Position numbers and translations under genes: made by a program
In this document: positions 26,824 through 35,511 of the stretch, in pieces
Layout: the number at the start of each line of letters is the position of its first letter
How positions within the stretch are numbered: position 1 is the first letter of the stretch
Assembly (NCBI GenBank): GCA_005884515.1
Contig: VAWS01000060.1
Span: 1-55,779, forward strand
DNA length: 55,779 nucleotides
From: Actinomycetota bacterium
GTDB lineage: Bacteria; Actinomycetota; AC-67
Reading direction: 5' to 3'
Notes under the pieces: model-generated
The model's input: only the letters and a program-made list of their open reading frames with translations
Database searches by the model: none
What the model was told of the DNA's origin: nothing

Positions 26824-28719
26824 ATGAGGAAAGAACGACTTCCCCGGAACCCGCGACGCCTTGTTTTCGTCGTCCTCCTGTTGGCCCTTCCCGCGCTGGC
26901 CGCCTGCAGCTCGCTTCCGAACATCGACAAGCTGCTCGCCAACGCGCAGAGCCAAGCACAGACGACGTTCGTCTACGACAACCAGGGCCACCTGATCACG
27001 ACGCTCCACGCAGAGCAGGACCGCCAAGTCGTGCCGTTGAACGACGTCCCGCTCCAAGTCCGGCAGGCCGTCATCGCGATCGAAGACGCGCGCTTCTACG
27101 ACCACCCGGGGGTCGACTACCGAAGCGTCTTGCGCGCGTTCGGTGCGAATGCGCGCGCCGGCCACATCGTCGAGGGCGGCTCGACGATCACGCAGCAGCT
27201 GGTCAAGAACACCTTGGTCGGGACCCAGCGCACGTTCAAGCGCAAGGTGCAAGAGGCGATCCTCGCGATACAGCTGGAGCAGAAGCTCACGAAGAATCAG
27301 ATCCTGCTGACCCAAGGCGCGCTGCTCGCGGGGATGATCGCGTCCCCGTCGGCGTACGACCCGGAGGCGAATCCGAAGGCGGCGCTCGGCCGCAGGAACT
27401 TCGTGCTGAAGCGGATGGTCGACGAGCACCTGATCAACCTCGCGCAGGACGCCGCGGTGCGGAAGCAGCCACTGGGATTGCACCCGCAAGCCGAGTTTGC
27501 TCCCTATCGCGACCCCTACTTCATCGACTACGTGAAGCAGGTCATCTTCGACGGCGACCAAGAGTTCAAGGCGTTGGGCGCGACGCGGACGGATCGCATC
27601 AACGCCGTTTTCAAGGGTGGGTTGCGGATCTACACGACGATCGATCAGCACCTGCAGGACGTCGCCGAGCAGATCAGCAAGAAGACGCTGCCGTATAAGA
27701 GCGATCCGTACACCGCGTTCGTGGGCCTTGATCCCAACACCGGGAACATCCTTTCGATGGTCGGCGGCCGCAACTACTTCAATCCGAAGGATCCGTACGC
27801 GAAGCTCAACCTCGCGACGCAAGCGGAACGTCAGCCGGGGTCCGCGTTCAAGCCGTTCACGCTCGCGGCGGCGCTCGAGCGCGGGATCTCGCTGAGCAGC
27901 ATCTGGCGCGGTGGCTCGCGTGTCTTCCTCCGTCTGCCGGACGGCGAGACCTGGAACCCCGGTAACTACGAGGGGATCAACTTCGGGAGCAGCCTGTCGC
28001 TGCTCCAGGCCACGGCCGACAGCATCAACGTCGTATACGCGCAGGTTGCGTTGAAGATAGGACCGGATGCCATCGTGGAGATGGCACACCGGCTCGGCAT
28101 CAAGTCGCCGCTGCCGTCGGTTTACTCGATCACGCTCGGCACCGGTGGTGTGAATCCGCTCGAGATGGCCGGCGCCTACTCGACGTTCGCGAACGGCGGC
28201 TACCGCGTCGACCCGGCTCCTATCAGCAAGATCACGGACGCGACCGGCAAGGTTCTCTACCAGCACAAGGTCGTCAAGAAGCGCGTCCTCAGCCCGGCGG
28301 TGGCTGCTCTCGTCGACAAGGCCTTGCAAGCCGTCATGACCGAAGGCACCGGTGTTCACATCCAGCTCGGCAGGCCGGCCGGCGGGAAGACAGGCACGTC
28401 GGAGGAGTATCACGACGCGTGGTTCGCCGGCTTCACACCTCAGCTGGTCGGCGTTCGATGGGTGGGGTTCCCGAAGGCGGAGCTCCCGATGCGGCCGCCG
28501 CGGACGCGCATCACCGTGTTCGGCTCGTCCTGGCCGGGGCACATGTGGCAGTCGTGGATGCTCGAAGCGTTGAAGGGCGTGCCGGCCGTTCCGTTCCCCA
28601 CGGCCGACGAGGCGTACGTCAAGGTTCGCGTGGACACGCTACGGAACTGCTTGCCGAATGAGTTCACGCCGCCATACCTATCGCGCGCGACACGATGGCG
28701 AAAGCCGGGTTCAACGTGA
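26824..28719 (+). CDS. class A penicillin-binding protein (GT51 transglycosylase + transpeptidase), with a hole in the GT51 domain
   Basis: ATG at 26824, then a signal/anchor with a lipobox-like LAACS. GT51 motifs EDARFYDHPG, GGSTITQQLVKN, RKVQEA and RRNFVL are present. The KxxILxxYLN...YFG segment is missing at ~27304-27309. Transpeptidase motifs SAFKPF, SIN and KTGT are present. Confidence 0.85.
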   Translation: MRKERLPRNPRRLVFVVLLLALPALAACSSLPNIDKLLANAQSQAQTTFVYDNQGHLITTLHAEQDRQVVPLNDVPLQVRQAVIAIEDARFYDHPGVDYRSVLRAFGANARAGHIVEGGSTITQQLVKNTLVGTQRTFKRKVQEAILAIQLEQKLTKNQILLTQGALLAGMIASPSAYDPEANPKAALGRRNFVLKRMVDEHLINLAQDAAVRKQPLGLHPQAEFAPYRDPYFIDYVKQVIFDGDQEFKALGATRTDRINAVFKGGLRIYTTIDQHLQDVAEQISKKTLPYKSDPYTAFVGLDPNTGNILSMVGGRNYFNPKDPYAKLNLATQAERQPGSAFKPFTLAAALERGISLSSIWRGGSRVFLRLPDGETWNPGNYEGINFGSSLSLLQATADSINVVYAQVALKIGPDAIVEMAHRLGIKSPLPSVYSITLGTGGVNPLEMAGAYSTFANGGYRVDPAPISKITDATGKVLYQHKVVKKRVLSPAVAALVDKALQAVMTEGTGVHIQLGRPAGGKTGTSEEYHDAWFAGFTPQLVGVRWVGFPKAELPMRPPRTRITVFGSSWPGHMWQSWMLEALKGVPAVPFPTADEAYVKVRVDTLRNCLPNEFTPPYLSRATRWRKPGST

Positions 28720-29066
28720 CCACGCTGTCCCAGTATTGCCCCAGCTATCCGCAGGGCACGGTGTGCGACCAAACGCCGAGCCCCGGCTCCCCCGCCACGG
28801 TCGGTCAGCCGGCATACCTCTACGTCAGCAACGACCAGGCGGTGAACGAGGTGCCGATGGTGCTCGGCAGAACCGTCGATCGCGCCAAGCAGAAACTGGC
28901 GGAATACGGATACAAGACCAGGGTGATCGTGAAGCAGAACACCGGCGGCTATCCCGGATGTCAGGACTCGTCCGAGACGGGGTCGGGCCGCGTCTGGCTA
29001 CAGGATCCGTGTGCTGCAGCCGACTACGGCAAGGGCTCGTACGTCACGATCTACGTGAATCCTTAG
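28695..29066 (+). CDS. PASTA-domain protein (two PASTA-like repeats), probably the frameshifted C-terminus of the PBP
   Basis: AKAGFNVTT...GTVCDQTPSPGSPATVGQPAYLYVS and VPMVLGRTVDRAKQKLAEYGYKTRVIV...GSYVTIYV are PASTA patterns. It overlaps the PBP 3' end by 25 nt in another frame. Confidence 0.65.
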   Translation: MAKAGFNVTTLSQYCPSYPQGTVCDQTPSPGSPATVGQPAYLYVSNDQAVNEVPMVLGRTVDRAKQKLAEYGYKTRVIVKQNTGGYPGCQDSSETGSGRVWLQDPCAAADYGKGSYVTIYVNP

Positions 29067-29649
29067 TCGCGCGCGCGCCGGACACCCACGGACTTTCGGC
29101 GATGACGAATCGCCAGGTGCGTCCATCCTGAAGCGAGCCGAGCCCGATCCGAGGCGTCGCGAGCACGGCCCTGAGCGGCAGCCGCTCGCCCGGACAGATC
29201 ATCAGCGGGAGCATCGTGAGATCAGATCGGTTCTGTTCGCCCGCAATGCCGAACGCTTGCGTCAGCCGGCCGGGCCCGCGGGCAAGATCGCGATCCTTCA
29301 CCGCACCTCTGCGCGCGCGCATCAGCTCGATCCCTTCGAGCGGCTGCACCGCCCGGATCAGAACGGCAGACGCGTGCCCGGGGCGGTCGGTGACGGCGTT
29401 CAGGCAGTAGTGCATCCCGTAGGTGAAATAGACGTAGGCGAAACCCGGATCCTCGAACATCGGCGCGTTGCGCTCGGTTCGGCCGCGGTACGCGTGGCTC
29501 GCCGGATCGTCGGACGCGTAGGCCTCCGCTTCGACGATCATCCCCGCCGTGCGGCCGTCCGCGGTCTCGTGAACGAGCAGGCATCCGAGGAGGTCGCGCG
29601 CGACCTCAACGACCTGGCGCGCGAAGAACGCGCGCGCGACCGGCTTCAT
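29044..29649 (-). CDS. mpg: DNA-3-methyladenine glycosylase (Mpg/AAG family)
   Basis: 201 aa from ATG at 29649. Contains VARDLLGCLLVH, IVEAEAY, DPASHAYRGRTERNAPMF, YVYFTYGMHYCLN and GPGRLTQAFGI. Confidence 0.87.
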   Translation of the reverse strand: MKPVARAFFARQVVEVARDLLGCLLVHETADGRTAGMIVEAEAYASDDPASHAYRGRTERNAPMFEDPGFAYVYFTYGMHYCLNAVTDRPGHASAVLIRAVQPLEGIELMRARRGAVKDRDLARGPGRLTQAFGIAGEQNRSDLTMLPLMICPGERLPLRAVLATPRIGLGSLQDGRTWRFVIAESPWVSGARATKDSRRS

Positions 29650-29681
29650 AGAGAGGGGTGTCGCGGGGCCGTCGGCGGCTT

Positions 29682-31265
29682 TCACGCGTGCTTCCTCTTG
29701 CGCGCGACGAACTCTTGAAGCTGTTTCAGCGCTCGCGTGTTGAGGACGTCCGCCTTGGTCGCCCACCCGCGCTGCGCCGTAGCGATCCCGAACCGGATGT
29801 TGTCCATGTGCTTGGGCGCGTGCGCGTCGGTGTCGACCGACAGCGTCACGCCGGCTTCGACCGCCCAGCGCACGTGATCGTCACGCAGATCCAAGCGGTC
29901 GGGGAAGGAGTTCACCTCCAACGCCGTCCCCGTTCGGATCGCAGCCGCGCAGACGGCGCCGAAGTCCATGTCGATCGGCGGGCGCCGGCCGATCATCCGG
30001 CCGCTCGGATGACCGATCACGTTCACGAGCGGGTTCTCGATCGCTGCGATGAGCCGCGCGGTCTGCTCCTCGGCGGAAAGGCGGAAGTAGCTGTGGACGG
30101 ACGCGACGAGGACGTCGAAGCCGGCGAGGAACTCGGGGTCATAGTCGACGGTGCCGTCCTTCGCAATGTTCAGCTCGCACCCATGCAGGATCGTCATCTT
30201 CGGGTAGCGCTTCTGCAACGTCTTCAACTTCTTGCGTTGCTCGAGCACTGCGTCGCGCGTCATGTCGACCGGCGTGGGCAACGTTCCGGCCAGTGCTGCT
30301 TCGACCTCGCCGCGGTCTTCGCGCATCGTCGGAGGTATCCAGGGCAGTCCCAGCGCCTCGTAGACCTCTTCCTCGGTCCGCGCGGCGATGATCGAGCCAT
30401 CCTTCGCGTGGAACAGCCCGTACTCCGAAAGCTTCAATCCCTTCTTCACGGCTATCTCGCGCACCTTGATGTTGTGCGCCTTGGAACCGGTGAAGTAGAC
30501 GAGCGCCGCGCCCCACGCCTCATAAGGCACGACGCGGAGATCAACTTGCAGCCCTTGCCGCGTGACGATCGTGGTCTTGGTCGCGCCCTTCGCTTTCACC
30601 TCCCGCACGCGAGCCATCGACGCGAATGCGTCCATGATCGGCTCCGCCTCCGACGCCGCGACCAGGATGTCGATGTCGCCGATCGTCTCGCGCATCCGGC
30701 GCAATGAGCCCGCGTAAGCGATCTCGTCGAAGGTGCACGTCTCGCTCAGCGTCGCGATGATCCGGTCGGCGGCTTGGAGCGCCTGGTCGACCATGATTCG
30801 TTCTTCTTGCGCCGTGTAGTTCCGGATCCCGCGCAGGAGGCTTTCTTCGGTCTTCGCGCCCAGCCCTTTGATGTCTCGCAGCTTGTTCGCTTCCGCAGCG
30901 GCAGCCAGCTCGGCGAGGTTCGTTACCCCAAGCTGCTCGTAAACGAGGATCGCCTTCTTCGGACCGAGACCAGGGATGCGGAGCAGCTCCCGCATCCCGG
31001 CGGGAACCATCTCCCGCAGGTCTTCCAGCTCGTGCATCGTGCCGGTGTCGAGGTATTCGCGGATCCGGCCGAGCATGTTCTTCCCGACGTTCGGGATCGC
31101 GAGGATGCCCTTGTCGTCGAGCTCGCGGAGATCCTTCGAGTAGCCGCCGATCGAGCGCGCCGCTTTCTCGTACGCCCGCACGCGATACGGGTCCCTGCCG
31201 GTTATCTGCTGGAGCTCGGCCCATTCGCCGAGCAGCTCTTCAACTTCCTCGTTCGTCTTCGGCAT
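29682..31265 (-). CDS. polX: DNA polymerase X family protein with a truncated PHP domain
   Basis: The PolX core has HhH motifs (IPNVGKNM, IPGLGPKK, IKGLGAKT) and GSLRRMRETIGDIDILV. The PHP part starts at ...LPTPVDM|TRDAVLEQRKKL. The GDLHxHTxxSDG...ITDHS blocks (~47 aa) are absent. Later PHP motifs are present (ASVHS, GHPSGR, DTDAH). Confidence 0.87.
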   Translation of the reverse strand: MPKTNEEVEELLGEWAELQQITGRDPYRVRAYEKAARSIGGYSKDLRELDDKGILAIPNVGKNMLGRIREYLDTGTMHELEDLREMVPAGMRELLRIPGLGPKKAILVYEQLGVTNLAELAAAAEANKLRDIKGLGAKTEESLLRGIRNYTAQEERIMVDQALQAADRIIATLSETCTFDEIAYAGSLRRMRETIGDIDILVAASEAEPIMDAFASMARVREVKAKGATKTTIVTRQGLQVDLRVVPYEAWGAALVYFTGSKAHNIKVREIAVKKGLKLSEYGLFHAKDGSIIAARTEEEVYEALGLPWIPPTMREDRGEVEAALAGTLPTPVDMTRDAVLEQRKKLKTLQKRYPKMTILHGCELNIAKDGTVDYDPEFLAGFDVLVASVHSYFRLSAEEQTARLIAAIENPLVNVIGHPSGRMIGRRPPIDMDFGAVCAAAIRTGTALEVNSFPDRLDLRDDHVRWAVEAGVTLSVDTDAHAPKHMDNIRFGIATAQRGWATKADVLNTRALKQLQEFVARKRKHA

Positions 31266-31295
31266 TTCGGGTGAATCCTAGCGAGCAGCCCGGAG

Positions 31296-32555
31296 CTAGC
31301 CGAGCGCGTCCCGGATCTGCTTCAACGAGGCGTCGAGGTGAGAGAGCTGGGCGTCTACGGAGGACGCCGAAGGGCCCGGGGCGTTTCGCGTGTCCGTTTC
31401 GTGCGCGTCTCTGAACGGTACACCGGTGGTCACGAGGTGCTCGGCGATATCCGTCGCGAGCAGCATGTCGTCGCCGGCCGCGCGCGCCATGGCATCGGTA
31501 TCGAACCGCATCGTGCGCACGGCGCCTGCCAACGCGGGGATCATCGTCAGCATCGTGGCGACACCGTCGAAGAGCGGCTCCTTGTCCTCCTGCAGGTCAC
31601 GGTTGTACGCGAGCGGCAATCCCTTCAGCGTGGCGAGGAGCCCGGTCAGGTTGCCGATCAGACGTCCGGCCTTGCCGCGCGCAAGCTCGGCGACGTCGGG
31701 GTTCTTCTTCTGCGGCATCAGGCTGGAACCGGTGGCGTACGCGTCCGACAGCTCGGCGAAGCCGAACTCCGCCGTCGTCCACAGCACGATCTCTTCGCCA
31801 AGGCGCGAGGCATGCACCCCTGCGATGGCGAGCGCGGCGCAGAACTCGGCGACGAAGTCGCGGTCGGAGACGGCGTCTATGGAGTTGGAAGCCACGAAAC
31901 CGAAACCGAGGTCGTGCGCCGAACGATGGGCGTCCAGCTCGAGGGTCGATCCGGCCAAAGCTCCGGCACCGAGCGGCGACACGTCGGTCCGGCCGAGCGC
32001 GTCTAACATCCGGCGCACGTCTCGCTCGAACGCGAACGCGTGCGCCAGCAGGTGGTGCGCGAGGCTGACGGGTTGGGCGCGCTGCAGGTGCGTGTACCCG
32101 GGCATCAACGCGTCGGGGTGCTCGCGTGCCCGCTCCATCAGCGCGTCGATCAGATCGCACGCCGACAAGGCCACCGATCGCCCGTGCCGGACCAGCCACA
32201 GCCGCAGCGCGGAGACGACTCGGTCGTTGCGGGACAGGCCTGCTCGAACCTTGGGGCCGGCATCGGGGACGCGCTCGAGCAGCGCACGCTCGACCGCCGT
32301 GTGGATGTCTTCATCTCCCGGGTCGAACGGGAAAGCGCCGGAGGCGATGTCCCTCGCGATGCCTTCCAAGGCGGTGAGGACGGTATCGGCCTCGGCATCG
32401 GTGATGAGGCCGGCGCGGGACAGGGCGCGGGAATGTGCTGCAAGCACCGCGCAGTCCTCGTTCGCGAGCAGCCGGTCGAACGACAGGCTTTCGGTGAACG
32501 CGAGCAGCTCGGGCGCCGGCTCGTCACCGAAACGGCCGCCCCAGAGCTTCGTCAC
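31296..32555 (-). CDS. argH: argininosuccinate lyase with a short C-terminal domain
   Basis: GTG at 32555 (GTGA overlap with argG). Contains LWGGRF, GLSRNDRV, MPGYTHLQRAQP and GSSLMPQKKNPD. After PFRDAHE about 46 residues of the C-terminal helical domain are missing before ...RNAPGPSASSVDAQL. Confidence 0.87.
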   Translation of the reverse strand: MTKLWGGRFGDEPAPELLAFTESLSFDRLLANEDCAVLAAHSRALSRAGLITDAEADTVLTALEGIARDIASGAFPFDPGDEDIHTAVERALLERVPDAGPKVRAGLSRNDRVVSALRLWLVRHGRSVALSACDLIDALMERAREHPDALMPGYTHLQRAQPVSLAHHLLAHAFAFERDVRRMLDALGRTDVSPLGAGALAGSTLELDAHRSAHDLGFGFVASNSIDAVSDRDFVAEFCAALAIAGVHASRLGEEIVLWTTAEFGFAELSDAYATGSSLMPQKKNPDVAELARGKAGRLIGNLTGLLATLKGLPLAYNRDLQEDKEPLFDGVATMLTMIPALAGAVRTMRFDTDAMARAAGDDMLLATDIAEHLVTTGVPFRDAHETDTRNAPGPSASSVDAQLSHLDASLKQIRDALG

Positions 32556-33751
32556 CGGCCTTCGCCCTGCCGCTCGGACCACACCTTCAACGGCAAGCCC
32601 CACAGCTTCACGAAGCCGGCAGCCGCGTCGTGGTCGAAGCGGTCCCCCGCTTCGTACGTCGCCAAGCCGTGCTCGTAGAGGGCCTGCGGCGCCCGACGCC
32701 CTTCGACGGTTGCGGCCCCGCGGTACAAGCGCATCCGCACGTCGCCGGTGACCGGCCGCTGTGAATCGGCGATGAACGCATCGAGCGCGCGCCGCAGCGG
32801 CGAGTACCACAAGCCGTTGTAGACGAGGTCGGCGTAGACAGGCTCCATGCCTCGCTTGAACGATGCGAGCGACCGCTCGAGCGTCAGGTCTTCGAGGTCG
32901 CGGTGCGCCGTGATGAGCGTGACCGCACCCGGCACCTCGTACACCTCGCGGCTCTTGATGCCGATCAGCCGGTCTTCGATCATGTCGATCCGGCCGATCC
33001 CGTGCGCGCCGGCGCGTCGCGCGACTTGCGCGATGAGATCGAAGGCCGACCCGCCGACCCCGTCGATCGTCACAGGGCTACCGGACTCGAACGAGATCGT
33101 GAGGACGTCGGGCTCGTCCGGCGCGTTCTCCGGAGCCACCGTCCACTCGTACGCGTCCTGGGGCGGGGAAACCCACGGGTCTTCGATCACGCCGCATTCG
33201 ATCGTGCGGCCCCAGAGGTTCTCGTCGATCGAGTACGGGCTGGACTTCGTGACGGGGACGGGCAGGCTCCGTTCCTCCGCGTACTCGATGGCGGCGTCGC
33301 GGGTCAGGCCGGCATCGCGGACGGGCGCAAGCGTGACGAGGTCCGGCGCCAACGCGGCCGTCGCGACCTCGAAGCGCACCTGGTCGTTGCCCTTCCCCGT
33401 GCAGCCGTGGGCCACGTACTTCGCCTCCTTCTCGCGCGCGATACGCACGAGGTGCTTCACGATCAGGGGGCGCGACAGCGCGGAGACCAGCGGATACTTC
33501 CCCATGTACAGCGCGTTCGCGCGCAAGGCCGGCAGCGCGAAGTCGCGCGCGAACTCCTCGCGCGCATCGACGACGATCACCTCGGAGGCGCCACACGCCT
33601 CGCCGCGCGCGTGCAGAAGGTCCTCGTCCACTCCTTGGCCGACGTCGACGGCCATCGCGATGACTTCGGCGCCGTACTTGTCCTTGAGCCAGCCGATCGC
33701 GACGGAGGTATCCAGACCTCCCGAGTAAGCCAGCACGCAACGATCGGTCAC
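32552..33751 (-). CDS. argG: argininosuccinate synthase
   Basis: 399 aa with a GTG start. Contains AYSGGLDTS and HGCTGKGNDQVRFE. Confidence 0.93.
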   Translation of the reverse strand: MTDRCVLAYSGGLDTSVAIGWLKDKYGAEVIAMAVDVGQGVDEDLLHARGEACGASEVIVVDAREEFARDFALPALRANALYMGKYPLVSALSRPLIVKHLVRIAREKEAKYVAHGCTGKGNDQVRFEVATAALAPDLVTLAPVRDAGLTRDAAIEYAEERSLPVPVTKSSPYSIDENLWGRTIECGVIEDPWVSPPQDAYEWTVAPENAPDEPDVLTISFESGSPVTIDGVGGSAFDLIAQVARRAGAHGIGRIDMIEDRLIGIKSREVYEVPGAVTLITAHRDLEDLTLERSLASFKRGMEPVYADLVYNGLWYSPLRRALDAFIADSQRPVTGDVRMRLYRGAATVEGRRAPQALYEHGLATYEAGDRFDHDAAAGFVKLWGLPLKVWSERQGEGR

Positions 33752-33752
33752 C

Positions 33753-34223
33753 TCATGCTCCCTTCGACGTGTTCGTTTCAGCGGCCAATGCTTCGAGCCG
33801 GCGCGCGACCGTACGGCCGGCCACGCCTTCCCGGCACACGACGAGGACCGTGTCGTCGCCGGCGACGGTCGCGATGACGTCCTTCACCGTACCCGTGTCG
33901 ATCGCGCGCGCGACCGGCTGCGCGCAACCCGGCGGGGTCCGCAGGACGACGAGCGGCCCGGACGCATCGACGTCGGAGACGAACTCAAGCAGCATCCGGC
34001 GTAGGTGGTCGCCGTTCTGCGGCGGCTCGTCGGGAAGGCGGTACGCGACGCGCCCGTCCGGCTCGCGCGCCTTGAACGCGCCCAGCTCTTCGAGGTCCCT
34101 CGACAATGTGGCTTGGGTGACCGGCTGGCCTTGCGCGCGCAACAGCGCGGCGAGCTCGGCTTGGCTCGTGATCGCTTGCCGCCGCAACAGGCGGACGATC
34201 AAGCGGTGCCTGTTCGCCTTCAT
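33753..34223 (-). CDS. argR: arginine repressor
   Basis: 156 aa from ATG at 34223. RHRLIVRLLRRQAITSQAELAALLRAQGQPVTQATLSRDLEELG is a winged helix. C-terminal GDDTVLVV oligomerisation motif. Confidence 0.88.
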   Translation of the reverse strand: MKANRHRLIVRLLRRQAITSQAELAALLRAQGQPVTQATLSRDLEELGAFKAREPDGRVAYRLPDEPPQNGDHLRRMLLEFVSDVDASGPLVVLRTPPGCAQPVARAIDTGTVKDVIATVAGDDTVLVVCREGVAGRTVARRLEALAAETNTSKGA

Positions 34224-35131
34224 GTCAGCAACCACTCCAGGAGCGCCTTCTGCGCGTGCAAGCGGTTCTCGGCCTGATCCCACACCACCGACTGCGGTCC
34301 TTCGATGACCTCGTCCGTGATCTCCTCACCCCGGTGCGCCGGGAGGCAGTGCATCACGATCGCGTTGGATGCCGCGCGCGCGACGAGCGCGCCATTCACC
34401 TGGTACGGCGCGAAGATCAACCGCCGTTCTTCGACCTCGCGCTCTTGGCCCATCGAGGCCCACACGTCCGTGTACAAGACGTCGGCGCCCTCGGCCGCAG
34501 CGGCCGCATCGGTCGTCACCCCGATGCGCGCGCCCGTTCCGGCGGCGAGCTCCTCCGCGCGCTTCACGATCTGGCTGATCGGCTCGTAGCCGGCCGGCGT
34601 CGCGACGGTGACGTTCATCCCCACCATCGCGCCGCCCGTCAGCAGCGAGTGCGCGACGTTGTTCCCATCGCCGACGTAGGTCAGCGATAGCCCCGCCAGC
34701 TTCCCGAACCGCTCCTGCACCGTCACGAGGTCGGCGAGCGCCTGACACGGGTGCATGAGGTCGGACAACGCATTCACGATCGGGATGTCGCCCCACCGTG
34801 CGAGCCGCTCGAGCCGGTCCTGCTCGAACGTTCGCACGACCAGAGCGTGCAGGTACCGCGACAGGACGCGCGCAGTGTCCTCGATCGTCTCGCCGCGGCC
34901 GAGCTGAAGCTCGGAGGCGTTCAAAACGACGGCATGCGCGCCGAGCTCTGCGATGGCCACCTCGAAGGACACGCGCGTCCGCGTCGACGGCTTCTCGAAG
35001 ATCATCCCGATCGAGCGGCCTGCCAGGACGTCGCTGGGGCGCCGATCGGCCTTCATCTTCGCGGCCCGGTCGAGCAATCCGTGAAGCTCTTCGGTGGTCA
35101 GCGATTCGATCGCAAGGAAGTCGCGCTTCAT
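34220..35131 (-). CDS. argF: ornithine carbamoyltransferase
   Basis: 303 aa with FEKPSTRTRVSFE, HPCQALADL and HCLPAHRGEE. Confidence 0.93.
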   Translation of the reverse strand: MKRDFLAIESLTTEELHGLLDRAAKMKADRRPSDVLAGRSIGMIFEKPSTRTRVSFEVAIAELGAHAVVLNASELQLGRGETIEDTARVLSRYLHALVVRTFEQDRLERLARWGDIPIVNALSDLMHPCQALADLVTVQERFGKLAGLSLTYVGDGNNVAHSLLTGGAMVGMNVTVATPAGYEPISQIVKRAEELAAGTGARIGVTTDAAAAAEGADVLYTDVWASMGQEREVEERRLIFAPYQVNGALVARAASNAIVMHCLPAHRGEEITDEVIEGPQSVVWDQAENRLHAQKALLEWLLT

Positions 35132-35511
35132 ACCCCGGCCTCCCCCAGCAGCTCGGCCACCCGCTCGAGCAGCGCGGTCGGATCCAGAGGCTTCGCGAAC
35201 ACGTTGTCGGGGCCGAGGACGTCGTCGAACGATTCATGCACGTCGTGTCGCCCGGACACGACGATGAGCGGCACACGGTTCAGCCGAACGTCGCCGCGGA
35301 TCTCGTCGATCACTCGGTCGCCGGTCACGTTCGGCATCATGAGGTCGAGGATCACGAGCGAAGGGTGCTGCAGCTCCATCTTGACGAGCCCTTCGAGCCC
35401 GTCTTCGGCGTGGATGACCTCGTATCCCTCCGCCTCCAGCAGCACCCTCAAGAGGTTCTGCACCGACGGGTCGTCCTCGACGACCAAGATGAGCGGCTTC
35501 CGATCGCTCAT
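35128..35511 (-). CDS. single-domain CheY-like response regulator receiver
   Basis: 127 aa from ATG at 35511. Contains LILVVEDD, LVILDLMMP (phospho-acceptor Asp), VVSG and FAKP. ATGA overlaps on both sides. Confidence 0.85.
   Translation of the reverse strand: MSDRKPLILVVEDDPSVQNLLRVLLEAEGYEVIHAEDGLEGLVKMELQHPSLVILDLMMPNVTGDRVIDEIRGDVRLNRVPLIVVSGRHDVHESFDDVLGPDNVFAKPLDPTALLERVAELLGEAGV

Noticed and set aside
26551-28542. 663-aa ORF antisense to the PBP gene. The same applies to other long shadow ORFs such as 7548-8783, 7679-8827, 11879-13270, 12660-13922 and 41403-42533.
   Set aside because: No recognisable motifs and an R/A/G/P-rich composition. Each fully overlaps a gene with strong homology signatures, so these are GC-driven absences of stop codons.
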